DNA of 63,885 bases, filler included, from Candidatus Nanoarchaeia archaeon (GTDB taxonomy: Archaea; Nanobdellota; Nanobdellia; Woesearchaeales; DATDTY01): assembly GCA_035290625.1 (NCBI GenBank). It is 5 parts of 4 records of this genome, joined end to end, with 100 filler letters (N's around TTAATTAATTAA, not from the genome) between each part and the next. Parts side by side here need not be neighbours in the genome. Positions count along the whole stretch, not along the records: positions 20,867 to 52,283 come from DATDTY010000046.1; 4 more parts are not named here. One strand, written 5' to 3'. The translations under genes were made by a program, and so were the position numbers. The notes beneath the pieces are model-generated. The model had not been told where the DNA came from and did no database searches. It saw nothing but the letters and a program-made list of their open reading frames with translations. Positions 39,168 to 48,100 of the stretch are shown in pieces. The stretch's first letter is position 1. The number at the start of each line of letters is the position of its first letter.

Positions 39168-39896
39168 ATGCCTCAAAAGCAGCATCATGAGACGATCCTT
39201 GATCTTTTGACAGAGAAGGACGAGGTTACGTGGCAGTCTATGATTTATGATCTTGTCAGGACAGAGCAGATGGATCCCTGGGATATTGATGTTTCGAAGC
39301 TGACCAAGGTATATATCGAGACCCTAAAAAAGCTGCAGCAGATTAATTTTAGGATAACCGGAAAGGTTGTTTTGGCTGCAGCCTTATTGCTGAAGATCAA
39401 GTCAAGCAGACTGGTCGGAAGGGATATCGAGGAGCTTGACCGCTTATTCAGCCAGGCAGAGCAGGAAGAGGAGGATTTCTTCTATGAAGACTTGGTGGAC
39501 GCCGTAGGAGAGAAGCCGAAGCAGAAGGAATCCCTGTTCTTCAAAACCCCCCAGCCAAGGCAGAGAAAGGTCTCTGTCTATGACTTGATTGAGGCTTTGG
39601 AGCAGGCGCTTGAGGTTAAGAGAAGGAGGGTGCTGAACACGATTATTCCGAAGCTTCTCGATCTTCCTGAGAAGAAACGCGACATCACCCTTATCATCCT
39701 TGAACTCTATGCTAAGATTAAAGAACTCTATTCAAGAAAAAAGGGAGATCTGCTTTTTTCAGAGCTTCTTCCTTCGAACAAAAAGGAGGACAAGGTGCTT
39801 ACCTTTGTTCCTCTCCTTCATCTTACTAATGAACGGAAGGTTGATTTGGAGCAGAAAGAGGCGTTTGGTGAGATTTTTGTGAAGGTGCTGCATTAG
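39168..39896 (+). CDS. scpA: Segregation and condensation protein A (kleisin)
   Basis: MDPWDIDV, GKVVLAAALLLKIKS, RKVS..DLI.AL, F..LLHL....V.LEQ...FGEI. Confidence 0.92.
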   Translation: MPQKQHHETILDLLTEKDEVTWQSMIYDLVRTEQMDPWDIDVSKLTKVYIETLKKLQQINFRITGKVVLAAALLLKIKSSRLVGRDIEELDRLFSQAEQEEEDFFYEDLVDAVGEKPKQKESLFFKTPQPRQRKVSVYDLIEALEQALEVKRRRVLNTIIPKLLDLPEKKRDITLIILELYAKIKELYSRKKGDLLFSELLPSNKKEDKVLTFVPLLHLTNERKVDLEQKEAFGEIFVKVLH

Positions 39897-39952
39897 TGAA
39901 CGCATTTTGCAGACTCGAAACCTTTTTATACGGCGTTCTATTCGTGGAGTGT

Positions 39953-40360
39953 ATGGGAAAGAAGGAACTTGAAGCAAGATTCATGCAGTATCAGGAATTG
40001 GGTGTAGAAATCAAACAGGTCCAGCAGCAGATAGCAATCATTGAGAATCAGGCAGCAGAGCTTGAAGGGTTTGTCTCGGATCTGGATGAATTCAAGTCGC
40101 TGCAGGAGGCAGAGATCCTTGTTCCGATTATCAACGGAGTGTTTGCAAAGGCACGCCTTCCTCACGCAAATCAACTCTTTGTCAATGTTGGGTCGCAGAT
40201 TGTTGTGCCAAAAAGCATCGAGAGCACCAAGGATCTGCTGAGTGAGCAGCGAAGCAGCTTGATGGAGTTCCGCGAGCGCCTGGTGGAAGTGCTTCATGAC
40301 AAGGTGCATGCTGCAATAGCCATTGAGCAAGAATTGGTGCAAGCGAAAGACAATGTTTAA
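39953..40360 (+). CDS. pfdA: Prefoldin subunit alpha
   Basis: Coiled coils flanking EILVPI..GVF.KA...LFVNVGS.IVV.K; upstream of ftsY as is common in archaea. Confidence 0.88.
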   Translation: MGKKELEARFMQYQELGVEIKQVQQQIAIIENQAAELEGFVSDLDEFKSLQEAEILVPIINGVFAKARLPHANQLFVNVGSQIVVPKSIESTKDLLSEQRSSLMEFRERLVEVLHDKVHAAIAIEQELVQAKDNV

Positions 40361-41471
40361 GTTCCTTAAAGATACATTGAGGAAAGGGATTTCTAAGGTT
40401 TCTGAGGCGTTGGGCAAGAAAGCCGAGGAGCCTCCAAAGCAAGTTTCAGTAAAGGCCATCCCTGCAAAGCCAGCAAGCGAGATGCCAGTAGAAGCCCCAA
40501 TCAATCAGGGGCCTGCCAAGCCACTCCATGAACAGATCGCTGCCAAGCCGGTGCAACAGCCTCGGGAGTTGCCAGCCAAGCCAGCAGCGCAGCCAAAAGG
40601 CATTTTTCAATCGCTGGCTGAGAAGGTTACGACAACCACAATCTCCGATGCAAAGTTTGATGATCTGTTTTGGCCTCTGGAGGAAGGGATGCTCGAGAGC
40701 AATGTTGCTGTCGAGGTGATCGAGAAGATCAAGGGAGACCTGAAAGGTGAACTTATAGGGGTCCCTCTCAAGAGAGGGGATGTCCAGAAGATTATTGAAA
40801 CTTCTTTCGGAAAGGCTGTCAAGGATGTGCTTTCCATTGATTCCTTCTCCCTGATTGACAAGGTGAAGGCTAAGAAGCCCTCTGTGATATGTTTTGTCGG
40901 GATTAATGGCTCTGGAAAGACCACTTCAATTGCGAAGATCGCCCATCTGCTTCAGCAGAATGGCCTGTCTGTTGTCCTTTCTGCTTCTGATACCTTCAGG
41001 GCAGCTTCAATTGAGCAGCTTCAGCATCATGGCGACAAGCTTGGGATCCGCGTCATCAAGCATACGTATAAATCAGACCCCGCTGCTGTGGCTTTTGATG
41101 CAATCAGCCATGCAAAAAGCAGGCATATCGACGCTGTGCTGATTGATACTGCCGGGAGGATGCACAGCAACACCAATCTCATGGACGAGTTAAAGAAGGT
41201 TGTAAAGGTTGCAAAGCCGGATATTACTCTGTTTGTGGGTGAGAGCATAACAGGAAACGACTGCATTGAACAGGCAAAGACCTTCAATGAGGCGATTGGG
41301 ATAGACGCTATCATTCTTGCAAAAGCAGATATTGACGAGAAAGGAGGAGCTGCGCTTTCTGTCTCGTATGTGACGCAGAAGCCGATTCTTTATTTGGGGA
41401 CAGGACAGGAGTATGATGACCTTGTTCAGTTTAAGCCTGAGGATATTGTGAGGCAGCTGGGGTTGGCGTGA
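40353..41471 (+). CDS. ftsY: SRP receptor FtsY
   Basis: GINGSGKTT, DTFRAA, DTAGR, KADID.KGGA, GTGQ.Y.DL. Confidence 0.97.
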   Translation: MFKFLKDTLRKGISKVSEALGKKAEEPPKQVSVKAIPAKPASEMPVEAPINQGPAKPLHEQIAAKPVQQPRELPAKPAAQPKGIFQSLAEKVTTTTISDAKFDDLFWPLEEGMLESNVAVEVIEKIKGDLKGELIGVPLKRGDVQKIIETSFGKAVKDVLSIDSFSLIDKVKAKKPSVICFVGINGSGKTTSIAKIAHLLQQNGLSVVLSASDTFRAASIEQLQHHGDKLGIRVIKHTYKSDPAAVAFDAISHAKSRHIDAVLIDTAGRMHSNTNLMDELKKVVKVAKPDITLFVGESITGNDCIEQAKTFNEAIGIDAIILAKADIDEKGGAALSVSYVTQKPILYLGTGQEYDDLVQFKPEDIVRQLGLA

Positions 41472-41536
41472 TTCAGTGGCCTCCAATTCTGCCACCCAAA
41501 ACTATATAAACCAAGCCTTCCTGGGGTAAAACAGAG

Positions 41537-41818
41537 GTGGTTGGGATTAAGGCGATAAAACGAATCGATCCAGTCTCCCTGGCTAAGGTGACGGGGGTTG
41601 TTGCAGGAACCTTTACGTTTATCTTCGCAACTGCAGTTACTTTGATTGTCTCGTTTATCCCCGGAATGATGCCATTTGTGGGAGTCCAGGTTGGCTTTTC
41701 TTATATCCTGACAGAAACCCTGATCAGCCTCATCGGAGGATTCGTGTTTGCCATCATCATAGCCTATCTCTATAATCTTTTTGCTCCAAAGCTCGGATAC
41801 GTCATGATCGACATTTAA
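41537..41818 (+). CDS. Small membrane protein (DUF3566-like)
   Basis: IKRIDPVSLAK, two TMs, YN..A...G. Confidence 0.6.
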   Translation: MVGIKAIKRIDPVSLAKVTGVVAGTFTFIFATAVTLIVSFIPGMMPFVGVQVGFSYILTETLISLIGGFVFAIIIAYLYNLFAPKLGYVMIDI

Positions 41819-41819
41819 C

Positions 41820-42179
41820 ATGATAAGCTTCGTTGATGTTGGGTTGAGCGGAATCTCTGCGGTTCTTTTCGCAGCAGTAAACATCCCTATCTTGAGACTT
41901 ATTGTTGCTAAAATCTACAATCTGAGGGATACAACGCTTCAGACAGCATCCATTGTGGTTGGGGCTGCTACGCTTGTCTATTTTGTTTTGAGTTTTTTCC
42001 TGTCTCTGCCATACCTTCCTGGCATATCCTTTATCCTTGCAATGGCAGCTTTTCTTGTGCTGCTCAAGAAATCTTACAGCATCAACTGGTCAAAGACAGT
42101 GCTGGTGTGGCTCGTATGGGTTGGCGCCTTTGTCTTTCAGGGCATGGTCATCTTCCTTGCAGTTACTCCGTTTCTTTAA
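41820..42179 (+). CDS. Hypothetical multi-TM protein
   Basis: Four hydrophobic segments, 1 nt after upstream stop. Confidence 0.65.
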   Translation: MISFVDVGLSGISAVLFAAVNIPILRLIVAKIYNLRDTTLQTASIVVGAATLVYFVLSFFLSLPYLPGISFILAMAAFLVLLKKSYSINWSKTVLVWLVWVGAFVFQGMVIFLAVTPFL

Positions 42180-42831
42180 ACCTGATCTTTCCATTATAGT
42201 ACACTCCTTCCTTTAATTTGACCGGCCTCCAGGAGTCTTCAACCAATTCTGCCTTAAGCCAATCTGCCAGCTCCTGCGGGTTGCCTATGGTAGCTGACAG
42301 TGCCAGTATCTGCCCCTGCCTTTCCTTGAGAAGCGTCAGAAGAATCTCCAAGGTTGGGCCCCTGCCTGGATCGTTGAGAAGGTGCACTTCGTCAACAACA
42401 ACAAGGCTGACGTATTCGATCCATGGAGCCTGATGCCTGAGCAGCGAGTCAAGCTTCTCGGCAGTGGCGATGATTACATCATAACTCGCAAGGTAGCTAT
42501 CATCAGAGTCAAAGTCTCCCATGGAGAGCGCCACATTTGCCACGGCGCTGTATTTTCGCTTGAATTCCCTGAACTTTTCGCTGCCTAATGCCTTCAGGGG
42601 AACGATGTAGATCATTTTTCTATGCTGCTCAAGCACTACTTTGAGCCCTGCAAGCTCAGCAATCAAAGTCTTTCCTGATGCAGTTGGAGTGCAGATCAGG
42701 AGGTTTTTCCCTTCGAGAAGGCCTGCTTTTATGGCCTTTTCCTGGCAAGGCCTCAGCTCGTCTATACCCTCTGCTTTAAGGATGCTGAAGAGGGCTTGAG
42801 GTATTTTGTGCTGGATGTCCTTGAGCTGCAT
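42163..42831 (-). CDS. Hel308/Ski2-like helicase, N-terminal RecA1 (DEAD/DEAH) domain only
   Basis: LRPCQ, PTASGKT, PLKAL, TAEKLDS, DEVH, RGPTLE, LSATIGN, WRPV; stop at 222 aa. Confidence 0.88.
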   Translation of the reverse strand: MQLKDIQHKIPQALFSILKAEGIDELRPCQEKAIKAGLLEGKNLLICTPTASGKTLIAELAGLKVVLEQHRKMIYIVPLKALGSEKFREFKRKYSAVANVALSMGDFDSDDSYLASYDVIIATAEKLDSLLRHQAPWIEYVSLVVVDEVHLLNDPGRGPTLEILLTLLKERQGQILALSATIGNPQELADWLKAELVEDSWRPVKLKEGVYYNGKIRFKETE

Positions 42832-42876
42832 GCCTTTGTGAGTGTCTCTGCTCTTATTAAGGTTTCGAGAACTTAG

Positions 42877-43498
42877 AGCGAGCGTAGCGAGCTAGGGTCT
42901 AAACCCCCGCCCTTCAGGGCGTTTTTTCTAGAAAGGTTTTTGTGGCGGCTTCGCCGCCAGCAAGCTGGCGGACGAAACTGCGCACGCACTACCCATTCAA
43001 AGTAGCGTGAGCTCTCGTCTGTCGGAGGACGAGAGCATGAACAACATGAAGCGGTTGAGCCACAAGGTGACGATGAACTTTTGGCACTTTGAGTGGTGCA
43101 CGAAGTATCGCTACAAGATGATGCAGAGGCTGGAGATTAAAAATCTTGTGAATGCAGCAATCAGAAAAGCGGCACATGAACATGGAATCACGTTTCGTGT
43201 GCTTGGCGTACTTCCGGAACACGTTCATGCGCTTGCATCACTGCCCAACGGGATGACCGATTCACGGGCGCTTGCTTTGCTCAAAGGCCGTTCAAGCTAC
43301 CTTATCTTTCGCAACCGTGAGCACGTTGCCTTGCGCTACCCCAAGAGGCATTTCTGGGCGCCGAGCAGTTATTCAGTGACGGTAGGGGTGAATGACCTTG
43401 CCGCATGCGAGACCTACATCAAGAATCAGGAAGCACACCACAACGTGGTGTTCAGCTAGCGCGGGAAGCTCCGCCCTTTAGGGCGGGGAGGGGGTCAC
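42877..43498 (+). mobile_element. IS200/IS605-family element, TnpA-only (622 bp)
   Basis: Subterminal hairpins CGCCC-TTCA-GGGCG and CTCCGCCC-TTTA-GGGCGGGG; guide/cleavage tetramers AAAC/TTAG (left) and GAAG/TCAC (right). Confidence 0.88.
43037..43459 (+). CDS. tnpA: Y1 HUH transposase
   Basis: HFEWCTKYR, EHVH (HUH), LKGRSS, HFWAPS, YIKNQ (catalytic Tyr). Confidence 0.93.
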   Translation: MNNMKRLSHKVTMNFWHFEWCTKYRYKMMQRLEIKNLVNAAIRKAAHEHGITFRVLGVLPEHVHALASLPNGMTDSRALALLKGRSSYLIFRNREHVALRYPKRHFWAPSSYSVTVGVNDLAACETYIKNQEAHHNVVFS

Positions 43499-44067
43499 GT
43501 TTTTACATGGTATTCAAAATAATCATCCCAGGGATTCTCAAGCTTCATCATCTGCTTCATCGTAAGCTTTTCAAAATACCTCCTAAATGGCCGCATGGAG
43601 TTTCCATGGGCTGAGATTGCAACATTGATCCTTTCTTTTTTCATCTTTTTTATTAAGTCTTTTATGAATGAATTTACTCTCTTTTCAACCTGCTTCACGC
43701 TTTCTCCCTCTGGAGGCGGGAAATTGTAGGAGCGGTGCCATTTGTCAAAAAGCTTTTTTCCGTATTTCTTTATTATTGTTGTGTGATAGAGGCCTTCAAA
43801 TGAGCCGTATGAGCGCTCGATCATCCGGTCATCCTTTATTTTTTTTACTCCTTTGTGGTATTTGAGCACTTCCTTTAGTGTGTCTTTGCTTCTTGATACA
43901 TGAGTATAATAGGCAACATCGATCTTTTTTGATTTCAGCTTTTTTGCTATCTTTCTTGCCTGTTTTATTCCTAAGGGGGTCAGCTTGGAGTCTTTGAATC
44001 CAGTAAACCTATGGTCTCTGTTGAAATAGGTCTGTCCGTGCCTGAAGAGGTAGATGTTGAGGATCAT
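43495..44067 (-). CDS. gpmA: Histidine phosphatase family, 2,3-BPG-dependent phosphoglycerate mutase-like
   Basis: RHGQT, FTG..D..LT, ERSYG..EG, PPEGES, AHGNSMR. Confidence 0.85.
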   Translation of the reverse strand: MILNIYLFRHGQTYFNRDHRFTGFKDSKLTPLGIKQARKIAKKLKSKKIDVAYYTHVSRSKDTLKEVLKYHKGVKKIKDDRMIERSYGSFEGLYHTTIIKKYGKKLFDKWHRSYNFPPPEGESVKQVEKRVNSFIKDLIKKMKKERINVAISAHGNSMRPFRRYFEKLTMKQMMKLENPWDDYFEYHVKT

Positions 44068-44068
44068 T

Positions 44069-45103
44069 TTATCCACTCACATATACAGTTTTTGTCTCCC
44101 AATCAAACCCAATCTCATCAATCGTGCATTCATGCTCATCCTCTCCGCATACAGGAGCGGTGTCAAGGAAGCTAAACTTCTCATTCTTCTCATAGCATTG
44201 CCTGTGCCACCAGTTTCCTGAATCAGGATCTACTTTCTCTATGACTTTTGAGTAGCTTCCTGTGTCCTCTTTGATGTATTCCACAACAAAGTCGCCATTA
44301 TCTGCTATAGTGCATTCTGCTACAAAGGGATCAGCAGTTCTTTTCAGAACAGGAGAGTTTGCCTTTAAAGAGCCATAAGCAAGCTCTCCTGTCACATTAG
44401 CATTTCCATTCACATGCAATTTGGCTGTAGGAACAGCCAATCCCATGGCTGTCTTTCCGTTTACAATCCTGAACTCATTTGAGCCTCCTGAAGACATTTC
44501 TACGTAATTTGTCCTATTGATCCACAAGAAGTTTGAGCCAGCTGTGAAGTATAATGATCTTTCACCATAAGCAGCTATGTTTCCATAGGAAGTAGAGCCT
44601 GAGAGGGTTACATAGGGATTATAGATGGTTCCAGTCAGGTTTACATCTCCATTGACATGGAGCTTCTTTGTAGGGGTTGTTATGCCTATCCCTACATTTC
44701 CTGCGTTGTCGATAACCAATCTTGCATCTGGAGCTCCAGATGTTCCTGTCTTAAACCACATATTGCCTGAGCCGTCTGAGCCAAGACCTGCCCAGTTGGT
44801 GTCTCCTGCATCATACAATAAGATATTGGCATTTCCTCTTGGGATTGCTGTCAAACTACCAAAATTGGTTCCAATACGGGCTCCTCTTGTGACTTCAAGC
44901 ACATGGCTGGGGCCTGTGCTGTTCACTCCGAGCATTCCATCTTCTATGACAATCCCTGCTCCGCTTATTGAAATGGCTGCCAGTATGAAGAGGGCTAACG
45001 CTAGAGCAAGTCTGGATACTGAGGTGAATAATGTTTTGAGTATAGGTTGGCTGCTGAAATATTTTTCATCTGATTTGATCTCCCTAATCTTGCTTTGTTT
45101 CAT
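44069..45103 (-). CDS. Secreted beta-repeat protein (tail-fibre/adhesin-like repeats)
   Basis: Signal/TM segment; three repeats like GNVGIGITTPTKKLHVNG; GAGGTGA RBS. Confidence 0.65.
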   Translation of the reverse strand: MKQSKIREIKSDEKYFSSQPILKTLFTSVSRLALALALFILAAISISGAGIVIEDGMLGVNSTGPSHVLEVTRGARIGTNFGSLTAIPRGNANILLYDAGDTNWAGLGSDGSGNMWFKTGTSGAPDARLVIDNAGNVGIGITTPTKKLHVNGDVNLTGTIYNPYVTLSGSTSYGNIAAYGERSLYFTAGSNFLWINRTNYVEMSSGGSNEFRIVNGKTAMGLAVPTAKLHVNGNANVTGELAYGSLKANSPVLKRTADPFVAECTIADNGDFVVEYIKEDTGSYSKVIEKVDPDSGNWWHRQCYEKNEKFSFLDTAPVCGEDEHECTIDEIGFDWETKTVYVSG

Positions 45104-45114
45104 ACGCTTTCACC

Positions 45115-48100
45115 TCATGGAGCTCCATTCTGCGTCAATGTTCCTTTCATAAAAACATACCCCGACTCATTTACAACAACCTGCCATTCTCCATCTTTTC
45201 TTATTCTGAAATCAGTATCATCCAAAGAGGATGATATGGTTGACTGATTCTGGAACAAAGTTCCATCAATATACATATTGCCATCATTCTCGATAATCAG
45301 AACATCTTCTCCGTTGTTTCTTATGATGAAGGCAAAGTCAGCGTTTCTTGTGTGGGCGGAGTTCTGCTCCAAGATACCTTTAATCACGGCGTTTCCTGAG
45401 TCGCCGAGCCAGGCCATGTTGCTGCCTGAAGTATTCTTGATGGTGAATTTATTGAAGTCTGGAGGCAATATTGTGAAGTTATACATCGCAACAATCTCTG
45501 TCTGATTATAAGCCAGGAGATTATCATTTTCATCTGTTGCAGCAACCCATACCCTGTATGTGCCATTGCCGTTGTTACTTGTATTCCATGCATTTGGATT
45601 CCAAATAGCATCGAGCTTTAATGTTTGATTTATATTAACTGTTCTTGGGGATGTATCATTCTGTATTATGGCTTCGTCTACGAAGCCACTGCCATTATAG
45701 TACTGGATCTTCATCAATAAATATATGGAAACATTACTTTCTCCATTATTGATTATTTTTGACTCAGTGGATTTACAGATACCATCGCAATACGCGTTAT
45801 CAGTGCAATCTGATTGAGAAGAACAGGATGTTGGGCAGGTAGTGCCATCACATGTTACATAATAATCGCATGTTTTTACAGTTGGGCCATATTTACATCC
45901 TCCACCAGTATTAATGCCTGCATCACACACATCATCTCTTAAGTATGAGGGCGTGCTACCGCTACCTGTAACGCAAGTTTGGTCTGGGCAGTCTGCCGCA
46001 TCAGTCCAAGTGCCTCCTCCATCACATCTTCGCGGATCATCACCGGTATCTGTATCATACGCATAGTTATAGCATTGATAGTATCCATTACTCTCTATTT
46101 GAGCATCCCAATTACACTCATTTGAAGCTGTGCAAACGTAACCAGTGCTATCTCTTCCATCCAAAGAACATTGGTTGCTTGCGCAGGCACCATTTCTTTC
46201 TGACATGTTATTTGTATACGTGACCCCGCAGTCTATTCCATTCGATAGGTCTGATTGGCAATAGCCAGTTGAGTTGCAGAATTGTCCTGCTACGCAATCT
46301 GAGTTTTGATCGCAATCGACATAGGTTATTTGGAGATATGTGTTTGCATTATTTACAAGAATCTCTCCAGCAACAATATCATCCAAATCTTCCTTCCCTT
46401 TAAAATGATAATAACAATAACCATCACCGTAGCAGCCTTCTTTATGGTCAATATCGTTAGAGGACATCGTGTAGGTAGAAGTGCCAGACATCTTATTTGT
46501 TTGATAGATTAATCCTCTGCCAGGCTGGATATTCCAAGTTAGGTTACTTGGGTTATATGGACCGTCATAATAGTACACTTCAACATATCCGTCTGCTTGG
46601 GAATAATCCTGCATATCTACATAGAAGCTTAAGGTTATTCCCACTATAGCTTTATTGCTCCAATTTAGTGAGCCATTTCCAAATCGTATGGCGGCACTAT
46701 CTTCTTGTACACCAACCTCGTCATAGAAATCTGGGGAATTTACCTGATACGTAGTGCTAGGGTTGCTTTGACTTAGCTGATTGCCTTGTTTTTCTGATGT
46801 GTCATCATAGGTGACAGTTGTTGAATGTTCTCCAACAGTAAGGTTTTTCCCAAGGATTGTGTCATTAAATTTAAAATTTAATTGTTGCTTATTAGACAAT
46901 GAATTATAATTTACAGAAGTTTTTTTTGCACCATTTATTTTGACAGGAATATCTTTATTCATCTCATTCTCATCCTTGATTATTGGTTTAAATGTGATAG
47001 AAGTGTAATTAAAATCAACAATCTCCAAATCATACCTACTGTCATTCTCTAGATAAACCAGCTCAAATACGCCTTTATCCATTAAGCTTCGAGCTTTCTC
47101 GACCCTTTTCCACCCTCCACCCTCCTCAATATTTCGAGTAGAGCCATACATAGTCCTTGTTCTGCTTCCATCTTCATTGATTATTTCATCGAAGACCGCC
47201 CCATATTTCTGCCCTTCGTCTGTTGGGAGCAAATCAGATTTTTCTAGGAGTATCAGGATTGGAGGATGGTTCTCTTCGGCTGTGGAGTTTGCTGTTGTGT
47301 TTTGCTCTTCGGAAGATTGATTCGTGTTGTTTTCTTCTGGAGGGTCGGTTATGTTTACAAACTCATTGCTGGTGTAATCATCCTTTAATGTTTTTATGTT
47401 GATGTAGAGATTATATGCTGAAGCTATAGCTACAGAACTAGAGGCATTAGCATTGTATGTCTCGCCATAAGAAGATGAAGTAATGCTTACATTAAAGTTT
47501 TTTGCGCCTTCTTCTGTTGCGTTGACTGTCCATACTGCTGTTTTTGAGGAGCCGTCATTTATTGTTTCCAAATCCCGAGGATTAGCGCCCGAGATAAGTG
47601 TCAATCCAGAAGGAAGGTTTAAGGTTACACTAACTCCATGAGCATTTAAGTCTCCTGTTGGTGTTATTTGAGCGGAGATGTTGAAGAGTTGTCCTTCTTG
47701 TTTGCCTGACGGATTTGAGAGGGATGCGCTTAGGGCTGGAGGGTTTATTGTGAAATCTGTATCGGTCTCTGTAGCAACAGCAAACTCCTCATTGCCAGTC
47801 CAAACATCAGCGGAGTTTACTTTAAGAACAATATTATCATAATTAGTATCTGTTGCAACCTGTTCGACATTATCTATACCGGAGGTGGAAGAGTCAACTG
47901 TGTTTCCATCAGATTCATCATATAGATAAAGATCTATATCATGCAGAGATTCACCTTGGTGCTTAAACCAAACAAGAGTGGATGTATCCCCATTGTCTAC
48001 ATTAGTGAGTTTATAAAGTCTAACTCCATCATCGGTAAAACTCGATTCGTACCATGTGTTGTCTATATAAGTATGAGCCGATCCTAAATTAACTGAACCC

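Noticed and set aside
43460..43498. tnpB or omegaRNA in the IS element
   Set aside because: Only about 39 nt between the tnpA stop and the right end.
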